A stretch of 64,000 bases of DNA from Octopus sinensis (GCF_006345805.1 NC_043016.1:21018001-21082000); one strand, 5' to 3'. Shown: positions 1 to 13,799, counted from the first letter of the stretch. Notes: a model not told the origin generated them from the sequence alone. Translations and numbers: made by a program.

Positions 1-38
1 CTATCCCTCCATTTTCTTATTTTGTATTTATATATATA

Positions 39-3000
39 TCTCTTATTATAAAAGGCAGATTTTATCTGCCTCCCTTTGTATCTTATAGAAATCTACAATA
101 TAGGATTTCTTCAATTACAATTTACCTAGCATTTTTAAGAGTAGAATGTAAGCTAACGTGTGTGTGTGCGCGTGTGTGTGTGTGTGAGGATGCGTGTGTG
201 TGTGTGTGTGTGCGTGTGCGTGACTGTGTGACAGGAAAGTAGCAGAAAGATCGCCCAAAAGTGTATATAGATATTTAAATGTGTTTATATATTCATCTAT
301 ACACAGATGTATGTATAATGTGTGTGTATATATTTCCATAGCGGTAACCTTTCACTCCATACAAAGTTTTTTAGGACGAATATAAGATCTACAGTATATA
401 CAAGTAGCAGAAAGATCGCCCAAAAGTGTATATAGATATTTAAATGTATTTATATATTCATCTATGCACACATCTCTTATTATAATAGGCAGATTTTATC
501 TGCCTCCCTTTGTATCTTATAGAAATCTACAATATAGGATTTCTTCAATTACAATTTACCTAGCATTTTTAAGAGTAGAATGCATCGGGTCGTGCCAGGT
601 CCACTTTTTAAAATTTCAACCCCAATTAAGCAAAATTTAGAGAAAACTCACATTGTGGTGTATGAGTCAAATGCTTCTCTTAGTGTGGGATACAGCACAC
701 GCAAACGCACACACACAGTGTGCAACGAATAAAGTGAAAGTAATTCACTTTCTGTAGTGAGTGACTCTTTCACTCTACATTCCCACTTCCTCTTTACACA
801 CATAGACACGCAAATATATAAATAAAATTGTAAGCTAACGTGTGTGTGTGCGTGTGTGTGAGTGTGTGTGTGTGTGCATGTGTGTGTGTGTGTGCATGTG
901 TGTGTGTGAGGATGCGTGTGTGTGTGTGTGCGTGAGTGTGTGACAGGAAAGTTTTTTACGACAAATATAAGACCTATATCCAAGTAGCAGAAAGATCGCC
1001 CAAAAGTGTATATAGATATTTAAATGTATTTATATATTCATCTATACACAGATGTATGTATAATGTGTGTGTATATATTTCCATAGCGGTAACCTTTCAC
1101 TCCATACAAAGTTTTTTAGGACGAATATAAGATCTAAAGTATATACAAGTAGCAGAAAGATCGCCCAAAAGTGTATGTAGATATTTAAATGTATTTATAT
1201 ATTCATCTATGCACACATCTCTTATTATAATGGGCAGATTTTATCTGCCTCCCTTTGTATCTTATAGAAATCTACAATATAGGATTTCTTCAATTACAAT
1301 TTACCTAGCATTTTTAAGAGTAGAATGCATTGGGTCGTGCCAGGTCCACTTTTTAAAATTTCAACCTCAATTAAGCAAAATTTAGAGAAAACTCACATTG
1401 TGGTGTATGAGTCAAATGCTTCTCTTAGTGTGGGATACAGCACACGCAAACGCACACACACAGTGTGCAATGAATAAAGTGAAAGTAATTCACTTTCTGT
1501 AGTGAGTGACTTTTTCACTCTACATTCCCACTCCCTCTTTACACACATAGACACGCAAATATATAAATAAAATTGTAAGCTAACGTGTGTGTGTGAGTGT
1601 GTGTGCGTGTGCATGTGTGTGAGGATGCGTGCGTGCGTGTGTGTGTGTGTGTGTGGTGTGTGTGTGCGTGTGTGACAGGAAAGTTTTTTACGACGAATAT
1701 AAGACCTATATCCAAGTAGCAGAAAGATCGCCCAAAAGTGTATATAGATATTTAAATGTATTTATATATTCATCTATACACAGATGTATGTATAATGTGT
1801 GTGTATATATTTCCATAGGGGTAACCTTTCACTCCATACAAAGTTTTTTAGGACGAATATAAGATCTAAAGTATATACAAGTAGCAGAAAGATCGCCCAA
1901 AAGTGTATATAGATATTTAATGTATTTATATATTCATCTATGCACACATGTATGTATAACGTGTGTGTATATATTTCCATAGAGGTAACCATTCACTCCA
2001 TACAAAGTTTTTTAGGACGAAAATAAGATCTAAAGTTATCTCTAAGAAAAAGAAAGATCGCCCAAAAGTGTATATAGATATTTAAATGTATTTATATATT
2101 CATCTATACACAGATGTATGTATAATGTGTGTGTATATATTTCCATAGAGGTAACCTTTCATTCCATACAAAGTCTTTTAGGACGAATATAAGATCTAAA
2201 GTTATCTCTAAGAAAAAGAAAGATCGCCCAAAAGTGTATATAGATATTTAAATGTATTTATATATTCATCTATACACACATGTATGTATAATGTGCGTGT
2301 ATATATTTCCATAGAGGTAACCATTCAATCCAAACAAAGTTTTTTAGGACGAAAATATTTATATATAAAAGAAAGTTTGTGTGTCTGTCTACTCCGATTT
2401 AGATTCCTAACTACTCCCACATTTTGCAATGCAGTTTAACCAAAACAGGGTATCTTATAGTCGTGATTCATATCGAGCCCTTCTGGGTATTAGCGCGCGT
2501 CTACGAAGAGTTTATGATTTTACAAATAATTTACCATCATTTTTTCCATTTTAATGCATATTTTTTTTAATAAAGGGAAGTAACTCTCAAACTTCACACC
2601 AATATGCGTGCTCATATGCGACGTAATATCACATCAGCAGCATTTCCTCACACCCTCCTTGCACTTGGCGATGGCAAAATACCAGGGGATGAAAATGGTA
2701 ATATTGCCATCGATTCCATTTGTACCATTGTTAAGACGCCTTCTGATCTCAGAGATGCAGTGTTCCCAGATCTACAAGCTAATTATCAGAATATGGATTG
2801 GATTGGCAAAAAGGCTATACTGGCCCCGAGGAATAAAACTGTTCACCATATTTATGATGAAATGCTAAAACTCATTCCTGGGGAAGTCTATGTATATCAG
2901 TCTATCGATACAACTCCTGACACAGAGGACGTCATCAACTATCCAATAGAGGTACTCAATTCCTTTGAGCACCCCGGACTACCACCACACTTTCTCAAAC

Positions 3001-3191
3001 TTAAAGTTTAATGCTCATCAGAAATTTGGTTCCCCCAAAACAATGCAATGGCACACGTTTTATCGTTAAGTTCTTATCTCCCACCGTAAATTTATATCAA
3101 TATTTGCCTGAATAATCATCATAATTCAGTGCAATCATTAACAGTACTTTCAAGCAATTCAGCCCCGAGCAACGCCGGGCAATTCTGCTAG
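39..3191 (+). mobile_element. Composite non-autonomous Helitron: repeated 5' ends, internal ~140-bp minisatellite, Pif1 helicase fragment, canonical 3' end
   Basis: 5' TCTCTTATTATAA-GGCAGATTTTATCTGCC (short hairpin) at 39, 473 and 1218. The 3' end has the hairpin CCCGAGCAACGCCGGG (3164-3179) then CTAG|T (3188-3192). A helicase-like ORF lies inside. Confidence 0.8.
2604..3070 (+). pseudogene. Helitron RepHel/Pif1 helicase C-terminal fragment
   Basis: Translation contains LLALGDGK, VFPDL, KKAILAPRNKTV, YPIEVLNSFEHPGLPPHFLKLKV and, after a frameshift, LIRNL and CNGTR. These match Helitron Pif1 motifs. Confidence 0.85.
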
Positions 3192-3231
3192 TATGTATAT
3201 ATATACATATTCATTATATATATATACATCC

Positions 3232-3352
3232 AGCTGTAGAAACATTGCCAGATAAGACTGGAGCCTGGTGCAGCCTTCTGGCTTCCCAGATCCCCGGGCG
3301 AACCGTTCAACCCATGCTAGCATGGAGAACGGCCGTTAAACGATGATGATGA
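3232..3352 (+). mobile_element. Short 3' tail fragment of the RTE/SINE tail family
   Basis: CATCCAGCTGTAGAAAC...CAACCCATGCTAGCATGG...AAACGATGATGATGAT, the same tail as at 8340-8470 and 20560-20685. Confidence 0.6.
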
Positions 3353-4140
3353 TACACATACATGCACACATACACACACACACATACATATACACACACA
3401 TGCACATACACACATGTACATATGCACATACACACGCACACATACATACACACACTCGCACATGTATGCATACATACTTCCCACACACAATTACATACAC
3501 ATGGACATAATCACATACATACATAAGGACTCACATGCATACACACACACACACACACAGGAATGCACATATACCCCACACACAACCCATGTATACACGC
3601 ATACAGAAGCTCACATACACACACATATACACACAATATATACATACACACACAAACACACATATATACACACATGTACATTCAACATACACACACATGC
3701 ACCCAAATGCACACATAACACTCACAACCCCACATACATACATACATACACACACCCAGATACATATACACGCACACATACATGCACCTATGCATACACA
3801 TGCAAAAAACAAACTCCACACACAACCCCTTGTTCACACATGCACACATAAAATACACGCGTGCACACATACACACGCAAATGAACCTACACATACCGCC
3901 TGCACACACACAACTCACACTCATACATACACAATTACAGATACATGGACATACACACACATACATACATGCACACATAGAGTAACACACATTCGCTCCA
4001 GACACAACCCCATGCATACACGTACGCACACACAGACACACACACACACACAACATATGCATACACGTGCACACACTTCAAACAACCAGTTAAACACCTT
4101 TCTACTTATTCTCCTATGCACATGAGAAGGGAGACACACA
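3350..4140. repeat. Degenerate (CA)n/(CATA)n microsatellite field
   Basis: Direct inspection; source of the His/Thr- and Val/Cys-rich pseudo-ORFs. Confidence 0.95.
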
Positions 4141-4572
4141 AAAGACAGCCACTCCTACCTAAAATTCCCACTGTAAATTCTTTCTAAGAAATTAAGTGAC
4201 ACAAAGTCCACTGTCACGAACATATAAACAGCCAAAGTAACACACAAACACATACAAATGCTTTTATTACACACACACACACAAACCTGCATGCACACAC
4301 ACATATCTCCTTCTCTTGCTCTCTCCTGTCTTAGGAAAAACTTTTTCTTCACACATTCCCTTCCGGTCATTTCAAAATGTAACTGTGTGTGTATCAATGG
4401 TGATTTTCTTCCTCTGTCTTCCCTTCCTTTGGGCTTTCCTCCATTTCAGAAGAAGAGCTTGACTCGAAACGTTAAATCCTCTTTCCTTACTTTCCTGAGC
4501 ATCTGATAATACAGTACTTGTACCACATCCTCGTGTTATTGTTTTTCCTTGTCTGTTCTTCTTTGTTTCAAT

Positions 4573-4604
<32 letters not shown>

Positions 4605-4929
4605 AGTAGTTGAATGAATTATCCTAGTATGGATAATTCGGTTAACCGATACCCGGGTAGCAAATTCACGTCAGAAAACACGGTTGAAGCTACATGTCAA
4701 GGGCAGAGATCATGTGCTTCGTGTGGAAATTTGTGTGTTTTTATCACTTTGGACTCCGTGTGGGCAGTCATCTAGAAGTTTTTGTTCGTCATGATGCTGA
4801 CATAAGTTCCTTGTCTTTCTTGATGAGAAGGCGGCATAATGCACCCTTTATTCCTTCGGAATTAGGAATATGCAGTCTTTGAAACATATGTCGAGAATAA
4901 AGGAATTTTGCTAAATCATTGTTCAACTC

Positions 4930-4938
4930 CATTCTTTC

Positions 4939-4989
<51 letters not shown>

Positions 4990-5007
4990 TATATAGATAT
5001 ATACATA

Positions 5008-5041
<34 letters not shown>

Positions 5042-5222
5042 CGCATATATATATATACATTATATATATCATCACATATACACACACACACATATATATA
5101 TACATATACGCATTATATATACACACATATATATGTGTGTGTATGTATGTATATATATATATAATATATATAATATATATATATATATATACGTATACAT
5201 AAATATATATACATACATATCT
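4930..5222. repeat. (TA)n-rich microsatellite
   Basis: Direct inspection. Confidence 0.95.
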
Positions 5223-5223
5223 A

Positions 5224-8200
5224 ATGGTTTGCAATACTAACTTCAGGAAACCTGCCAGTCACCTACTCACCTACCGTTCTGGTAGACACACTAGCCAAAT
5301 TGACAACACCCTCACCAGAAAAAGGGAAAGATGGCTGCTCATAAATGCTAAAACCTTCCCAGGTAAAGAATATACCCCACAACATAGACTGGTAGTTACT
5401 GACTTCAGGATCAGGACTAGAAGATGACCAGCAAGAAGGAGAAGGGTTTGGAAGCTTAAAGATCCTGCAAATGGACAGAGATTTAGAGACATATTACTCA
5501 AAGCCTTTGATGAAATAGAAGGGGATATAGCTTCACACGATGTAGAAGGTTTCTACGGGACAACCTGCTGAGGGCCAATGACCAGATCTGTGGATGGTGC
5601 AAAGTCCCCTCTCGACCCAAGGTAACATGGTGGTGGAACAATGTTGTTGACAGGGCTATTAGAGAAAAGAAACAGGTTTGGAAGGACTGGAAGAACAGTG
5701 GTAGCAGGGAATCAGACTGCCAGAAGGGAAGCTAGGAGACAGGATAAGAATGGAAGCAGATAAGAAAAAATTTGCCAATGTTAAGTGCCGTGAGGGCCAA
5801 GGACTTGAGGTACTTCGTGTTGCAAGACATTGTGTGAGAGAGAATCGTGATGTGGTAGGAGAGAAAGGTGTCCACATGGATCATGGTTCACTTGCACTAA
5901 ACGAGGCTGCAAAGAGAGAGGCTTGGAGACGCCACTATGAGAGGTTGCTCAATAAAGAGAATGAATGGGAGAAAGAGAGTCTGCTGAATGTCAACCTTGG
6001 TAGATAAAGCAATTAAAAGTATGAAGAAAGGGAAAGCAGGAATCACTGCAGAGATGCTCAAAATATCTGGCAGTGTCGGCTATAGCCTGGTCACCCGTAT
6101 AGTTAACCAGGTGATACACAAAGGAGTCATACCCAATGACTGGTGTAGCAGCATAAGGCGGCGAGCTGGCAGAAACGTTAGCATGCCGGGCGAAATGCTT
6201 TGCAGTATTTCGTCTGCCGCTACGTTCTGAGTTCAAATTCCGCCGAGGTCGACTTTGCTTTTCATCCTTTCGGGGTCGATAAATTAAGTACCAGTTATGC
6301 ACTGGGGTTGATGTAATCGACTTAATGTCCTTGTTTGTCCCCTCTATGTTTAGCCCCTAGTGGGCAATAAAGAAATAAGCATAATAGTCAACTGCTACAA
6401 AGGTAAAGGTGATGCTTTAGATACAAATACTTACAGAGGTATCAAGTTGTTGGATGAGATAATGAAGGTCATAGAGAGGGTCATAGCCCAACGAATTAGG
6501 GAGAGAGTCAGTTTAGATGACATGCAGTTTGGGTTCGTGCCAGGGAAAAGCACCACTGATAATATATTTCTGGTAAGACAGCTGTAGAAGAAATACCTAG
6601 CCAAAGATAAACCTCTATACCTGGCTTTCGTTGACATGGAGAAAATCTTTGTCAGGGTCCCCCGATCCCTTATCTGGTGGTCAATGAGGAAACTAGGGAT
6701 AGAAGAATGGTTAGTGAGAGCTGTGCAAGCCATGTACAGGGATACTGTCAGTAAGGTGAGGATTGGCAACGAGTACAGTGGAGAATTCCGTGTAGAGGTA
6801 GGGGTCCACCAAGGTTTAGTCCTCAGCCCCCTCCTATTTATCTTAGTCCCCCAGGCAATAACAGAGGAATTCAAGACATGATGTCTCTGGGAGCTCCTCT
6901 ATGCTGATGACCTTGCTCTAATTGCTGAGTCACTATCAAAACTAGAGAAGTTTCAGGTGTGGAAGCAAGGATTAGAATTGAAGGGCCTTAGAGTCAAGCT
7001 AGCTAAATCCAAAGTCTTAATAAGTAGCTAGAGTCAACCTAGCTAAAACCAAAGTTTTAATTCGCAGGCAAACCACAAATCCCTTCAGGTAGATGGCCCT
7101 GCTCGATCTGTAGAAAAGGCATTGGTAGAAACTTTATAAGATGTACCTAGCGTAAGCTATGGACACATAAGAGGTGCAGCAATATCAAAGGAAGTCTAAC
7201 TGGGAAGAGGGTTTTTCTAGGTGGCAGATGCTCAGGAGCAATAAACACAGAAAATGTGCAGAGAACAACTTCCGCTACATTCCAGGGAGAAAAACTAAAA
7301 GTAGTTGATAGCTTCCATTACCTAGGTGACCAAGTTAGTAGTAAGGGAGAGTACACTGAAAGTGTAGTTACTAGAATAAGAATAGCCTGGGCAAAGTTCA
7401 GGGAGCTCTTAACTCTGCTGGTGACAAAGGGCCTCTCACTCAGAGTAAAAGGTAGACTGTATGATACATGTGTACAAACAGCCATGCTACTTGGCAGTGA
7501 AACATGGGCCGTGACTGCTGAGGACATGCGTAAGCTCGCAAGGAATGAAGCCAGTATGCTCTCATGGATGTGTAATGTCAGTGTGCATACGCGACACAGT
7601 ATAAGTACCTTGAGAGAAAAGTTGGACCTAAGAAGCATCAGTTGTGGTGTGCAAGAGAGACAACTGCACTTGTATGGTCATGTGATGAGAATGGATGAGG
7701 ATAGCTGTGTAAAAAATGTCACACCTTAGCAGTTGAGGGAACCTGTGGAAGAGGTAGACCCAGGAAGACCTGGGATGAAGTGGTGAAGCACGACCTTCAA
7801 ACATTAGGCCTCATCGAGTCAATGACTAGTGACCGAGACCTTTGGAAAAATGCTGTGCTTGAGAAGACCCGGCAAGCCAAGTGAGACCATAACCCATGGC
7901 CTATGCCAGTGGTGTAACCAGCCCACTTATGCATACCTTTCCTTCACTGGACACTAAACTCTGCTTGTGAAGACCTGTTAAAGCAAGTGAAATCAAAATC
8001 AAATTCAATGACTGGCATCTGTGCTAGCGGTGTGCAAAGAGCACCATCTGAGCATGATCGTTGCTAGAGCAGCTAACTTGCTTCTGTGCCAGTGGCACGT
8101 AAAAAGCACCATTTGAGCGTGATCATTACAAGCATTGCCTTACTGTCACTTGTGCAGGTTGCACATGAAAATACATTCAAGCAAGGTCGTTGCCAGTGCC

Positions 8201-8470
8201 ACTGGACTGGCTCCTGTGCAGGTGGTATGTAAAAAACACCATTTGAACGTGACCATTGCCAGTACTGCCTGACTGGCCTTCGTGCCGGTGGCACGTAAAC
8301 GCACCCACTACACTCTCGGAGTGGTTGGTGTTAGGAAGGGTATCCAGCTGTAGGAACTCTGCCAGATCACATTGGAGCCTGGTGTAGCCATCTGGTTCAC
8401 CAGTCCTCAGTCAAATCGTCCAACCCATGCTAGCATGGAAAGCGGACATTAAGCGATGATGATAATGATG
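5224..8470 (+). mobile_element. 5'-truncated RTE-clade LINE (end of APE domain, RT, 3' UTR), with stops and frameshifts
   Basis: HRLVVTDF (APE end), CYKGKGDA, YRGIKLL, QFGFVPGKSTTD, GVHQGLVLSPLLF, ELLYADDLAL, FHYLGD, GSETW, RLHLYGHV; 3' tail ends in (GAT)n. Confidence 0.92.
6157..6377 (+). mobile_element. tRNA-derived SINE (family A) inserted into the RTE RT region
   Basis: GGCGGCGAGCTGGCAGAAACGTTAG head and B-box-like GAGTTCAAATTC. TSD AGCATAA at 6150-6156 and 6378-6384. Removing the SINE restores the frame WCSSIIVNCYKGKG. Confidence 0.9.
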
Positions 8471-8475
8471 ATGAT

Positions 8476-8538
<63 letters not shown>

Positions 8539-8554
8539 TATACACACTGAAATC

Positions 8555-9428
8555 ATCATTATCATCATCATCGTTAACATCCGCTTCCCATGCTAGCATG
8601 GGTTGGACGGTTCAACTGGGGTCTGGGGAGCCCGAAGGCTGCACCAGGCCAGTCAGATCTGGCAGTGTTTCTACAGCTGGATGCCCTTCCTAACGCCAAC
8701 CACTCCGAGAGTGTAGTGGGTGATTTTATGTGCCACCGACACAGGTGCCAGACGAGGCTGGCAGACGGCCACGCTCGGATGGTGTTTTCTTATGTGCCAC
8801 CGACACAGGTGCCAGATGAGGCTAGCAGACGGCCACGCTCGGATGGTGTTTTTTATGTGCCACCGACACAGGTGCCAGACGAGGCTAGCGAATGGCCACG
8901 ATCGGATGGTGTTTGTTACGTGCCTACACCACGGAGGCCAGTCAATGCGGTACTGGCTACGGCCATGTTCGGATGGTTTTCTTATGTGCCACCGGCACTG
9001 GTACCACAAGATACAAATTCCATTGATGTTCATCTATTTTGATTTGGTTCGATTTGATTTGATTTGATTCGATTCTCACTTGCCTCAACAGGTCTTCACA
9101 AGTGTCACAAGAAGGAAGGTATGCACAGGTGGACTGACTACGTCCCAGGTAGGGGCCACGGATTATGGCTTCACTAGTCTTGCCGGGTCTTCTCACGCAC
9201 AGCATACTTCCATAGGTCTCGGTCTCTAGTCATTTCCTTGGTGAGACCTAAAGTTCGAAGGTCGTGCTTCACCACCTCATCCCAGGTTTTCATGGGTCTA
9301 CCTCTTCCGCAGGTTCCCTCAACTGCTAGGGTGTAGCACTTTTGCACACAACTATCTTCAGCCATTCTCGTCACATGACCATACCAGCGCAGCCGTCTCT
9401 CTTGCACACCACAACTGATGCTTCTTAG
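8555..9428 (-). mobile_element. RTE LINE 3' fragment (RT C-terminus plus 3' UTR with ~62-bp modules)
   Basis: Minus strand reads LRSISCGVQERRLRWYGHVTRMAEDSCVQKC...GRGRPMKTWDEVVKHDL; (GAT)n tail at 8555-8570. Confidence 0.9.
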
Positions 9429-9486
9429 GTTATATATACACATATATATACAAATATATATATATACATATATATATATACATTTA

Positions 9487-9528
<42 letters not shown>

Positions 9529-9843
9529 TTAAATATATATATATATGTATATATACACAAATATATATACCACACATATACATATAGACACACATATATA
9601 TATATACACACACATATACATATAGACACACATATATATACCCACAGACACATATATATATATATATGATTGACCATTAAACCCACAAGTTTTTTATTCT
9701 CTCTCTGTTTTTTTGTCACGTTCCTTTCAGTTGAAGAGCATAGGCTTGAAATCTAAAAGGCTTTCTCACCTTCTCCACCATCAAACTAAATGCTTGTGTT
9801 TATACACCTGTTTTTGTCTTTTGGTTTTCTATAATATTATATG

Positions 9844-9892
<49 letters not shown>

Positions 9893-10149
9893 ATATACAC
9901 ACACACAATTGCTGTGTGGAAAGTGTTTATAACACAAAAAAAAACATTACATTCACTTCAACATTTAAATTTAATTTCTGTCAAAATATTTTTTTTTGCT
10001 TTGAAACCGCAACTTGTTCACTGACAATATTTCATGCTACCTCTATTTCAAAAAGAAGTTACTACTATTTTCTTGTTAGTGAGACAAGTGCAGATGAAAT
10101 ACTAGCATTTGTCAGCCTGGGAAAACGCTTCAACTAGATTTTATGCTCT

Positions 10150-11300
10150 GCAGTTTGAATGTTGCTAATGAAACTACGGGTAGACAACTGGCTTGTGTGG
10201 GCCATGTACCCCTTCCAACCCAGTACAAAAGTGCATTTAGCAAGATGTGAGATATGAATGAGTTCAGCAATGAAATTTAGCTTGCTAGTATGTGTGCACT
10301 AAGTTCAGTTCTCATGCCATTAATATTTATCAGTCCTCCAGGTCATAATGGAATAGTATAAGTGTAGCTGTGTGTGATACCTGCTGTATAATAACTTGGC
10401 TCTTATAGCTCAATTTGTAGCAGAATTAGAGAATTGCAGTAAAGGATGCAAAACCTAGAATCATAAGGTCTCAGGGTAAATATAACAAAGATTAAAACAA
10501 TTAGTAAGTATAAAAGAAAAAAAGGATAATACTATGATAAAGGAAATGATTATGTTAGATTTTCAGAAAAGAAGAAAAAAAAGTTCCATATATGGTGTAC
10601 TAAGTGTAAATTAAGAACATACAAGAATTGTAGTGGAATCACAGGAATTCTCTGGTGGAGAAAAGAGACTTTGTATGTGGCAGATGCACAAAAATAGTGA
10701 ACATTAAGAGCACATATGAAACAGATTCTCTAAAATACCCCAATAGAAGTTGTAAATAGCTTCTGTTATGTAGATGACCTAATTGCAGAGGTGGTGAGTG
10801 TTCTGAAAACACAGCAGCCTGAGTAAGAACAGATTAAAAGATGTCAGTGAGTTATTACATATGCTGGAAGCAGGTTTCTATCTCAGAGTGAAGAGCAGAC
10901 TGTTTGATGCTCTTATGTGACCTGCAATGGTGCATAGTGGTGAGTCAGAGGTCCTGGAAACAGATGATTTATGAAGGCCAGAAAGAAATGAAGTAAGCAT
11001 GCTATTATTAGTGTAAAATGTTTGCATGAACAACAATACAAATGAGATGAGAGAAAAACTGAATATAAGAGGACAGCTGTATAAAGAAATACAGAGTGCC
11101 CAAAGTATTTGGAATAAGTGGAAGAAGGAAACCCAAGGTGATGGTGAAAGAAGCAAGCGAAGACTGATTTTAGGTGGCAAAGGACTGCACTGATTGGTGC
11201 AATAGTAATGAAGAAGCATGGAGGCTGTATGATATAATACAAAACTACATTTGGATTTTTTTCCCCAATATATCCATGGAGGCAGCTGATGAAGACTTCT
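10150..11300 (+). mobile_element. Old, degenerate RTE LINE fragment
   Basis: Remnants such as AATAACTTGGCTCTTATAGCT (DDLALIA), AGCAGACTGTTTGATGCT (GRLFDA) and AGTGGTGAGTCA (GSE-like). Confidence 0.6.
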
Positions 11301-12310
11301 ACAGCCATCATGACCTCTTTGATACCCTCTTCTCTCTCTCTCTCTCACTCATTCTCTTTCCACTAATATACCTTTCTATTCACTGTGCTATTTTGTCAGT
11401 TAAACAAAAGAAGGCATTTGACCTGTTTAACCTTTCCAACTCTCTGACACTAGACCTTTCTCCTATTTACTGTATAATACTGCCTATGTAACAAAGGATG
11501 GTATTGAACTTACTCATATTCAATCCCTCATCACCACCATTCTTACCTCTCGCCCTTCTAAAAGCTTATGTATAAAAATTGTATAAGATCTATAGGGACT
11601 TCGTATCCAATACACACTACTATCACTTTCTTCATTGCCAATCATTTCAACAACACTGAGCCATCACTTTCCTTTACCATTGTCCACCTCTGTAATTATT
11701 CATCTGTGGCTTCCCCTTCAATCACTCTGTTTCTATCATCTGTTATTCCCTTCATCCATTCATCCTAATTCTTCTGATGTTGTCTCTTCTTCTGTTTACC
11801 CTCTTGATTATTTTTGCCTCAAGCAAGAGGATGCATACAAGAGTAGTGAGGACTTCTAGTCATGAGTTCAATGCAAGCTCATTAGTGTTGGTGCATAATA
11901 AAATGCATCTACTAGACTCTATAAAGTGGTTGACAAATGAGTAGAGGAAACATAGAGAACATGACAACCTCTCTAGTGCTTCTTTTACAATAAAATGCAT
12001 CCAGTACACACTGTAAAGAAGCCAGAGTTGTGAAGAGCATCCAGGCACAGAAAATATTCCAATAATGAAACATAAGATGTGGCCTCCAGCAGTGTAGGAG
12101 TGCACTAACTATAAATAAGGGTGGATTTGGATCGTGGCAACTTGTCAAACCCATACCAGTACAGAAAGTGAATGTAAAGTCACGATGAGGACACTCATAC
12201 ACATATATATGTGTGTGTGTGTGTGAATTGCCTATATGTGTGTCCAACTTGTATTCAAAATCTACAAAATGAACACTCATAAGGAAATTTTGTATTTTCT
12301 CTTTTTTTTT

Positions 12311-12702
12311 CTCTTTTTACTTGTTTCACTTGCGGCCATGCTGGAGCACCGCCTTTAGTCGAGCAAATCGACCTCGGGACTTATTCTTTGTAAGCCCAGT
12401 ACTTATTCTATCGGTCTCTTTTGCCGAACCACTAAGTGACGGGGACGTAAACACACCGGCATCGGTTGTCAAGCAATGCTAGGGGGACAAACACAGACAC
12501 ACAAACACACACACATACATACATATATATACATATATACGACAGGCTTCTTTCAGTTTCCGTCTACCAAATCCACTCACAAGGCATTGGTTGGCCTGGG
12601 GCTATAGCAGAAGACACTTGCCCAAGATGCCACACAGTGGGACTGAACCCGAAACCATGTGGTTGGTTAGCAAGCTACTTACCACACAGCCACTCCTGCG
12701 CC
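12311..12702 (-). mobile_element. tRNA-derived SINE (family B)
   Basis: Reverse complement of the 38542-38945 copy at high identity. Confidence 0.9.
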
Positions 12703-13371
12703 TATAATGTTATTTTGAGAAACATAAATCAAATCTCCTCACATCATACCCTTCTGTCTGTCAAGAGAGCAAATGGAGAGCAAGTCAATATGCATGAAGT
12801 TGGAAAAGAGAGGTTGTGTGAGTAAATGAGAGATTCTAAAGTAGGTGTGATGCCAAAATGTTTTATTTCCTCCTTAATTGCTCTTTAATTTTTCTTTCTC
12901 TATAACTCTCTCTGGAATGGTAAACTAGAGTAATACAGAATGAGAGATACACGTATAGACAGAAAGGAAGGTAGCAATAGAACTTAGGAATAATACAAAT
13001 GCCCATGAACCCAGAAACCCCATTGCTGGAAGGAAGCAAATGTTTAGCCCAGTATGAACATCAAAGAAGCAACCTAGTGGCTGCAGTCAATTCCAACATC
13101 CTAATGGATTCGCAAAATATCCTCAAATGCTAGAAAGGACATTTTCCATCATTACTGAACTGAAATGTCCCATATCATCTTAAACAGCCTTTATTTCATA
13201 AGTTGGAAAAATGACATGAATAGAATGAAACCATGAAAATACCCAAAATAAAACATCTCTCTTAAATTATAGCAACATCGGGAACTACCTCTCAATATCA
13301 GACTTTTCACTCTGATCTTGAAAATGTAGAAAGATTACCAAATCCCAAATGAGTTTGAAAATGCAGCTCTT

Positions 13372-13580
13372 TCATTCTTTTACTTGTTTCAATCATCTGA
13401 CTTCAGCCATGCTGGAGCACTGCCTTGAAGGGATTTAGTAGAACAAATCGACCCCAGGACTTATCATTTTAAAGCCTAGTACTTATTCTATCAGTCTCTT
13501 TTGTCGAACTGCTAGGTTACAGGGAGCTAAACGCACCAACAAGCAGTGATGAGGGACAAACACAGACACAAAGACACACA
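13372..13580 (-). mobile_element. SINE family B 3' fragment
   Basis: Shares GCCATGCTGGAGCAC...AAATCGACCCCAGGACTTAT...GTACTTATTCTATC with the 12311-12500 copy. Confidence 0.75.
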
Positions 13581-13747
13581 CAAGTAGTCAAAGTACATAA
13601 TCATATACAATTATGTGCTTTAACAACAGCATTAGAGCTTTTTAGGTCTTATTTCTAGCAATGTAGGTGTTCTAACACCCTAGTCACATTTAGTGACAAG
13701 TATAGTTTTCCTTTTTGATAAAACATTGCACACTGCTGTCTATATTA

Positions 13748-13794
<47 letters not shown>

Positions 13795-13799
13795 ATAAA

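Noticed and set aside
3336-4139. His/Thr- and Cys/Val-rich ORFs (also near 43.1-43.8 kb and 57.7-58.4 kb)
   Set aside because: Translations of (CA)n, (TG)n and (TA)n microsatellites
6157-6240. tRNA genes at SINE heads (also 38542 and 42765)
   Set aside because: Only A/B-box-like heads fused to SINE bodies with TSDs; no complete cloverleaf
13100-13125. GYF-like motif as a TANGO1 SH3 exon
   Set aside because: Surrounded by stop codons and lacks splice signals; no further TANGO1 SH3 exon was found in the window
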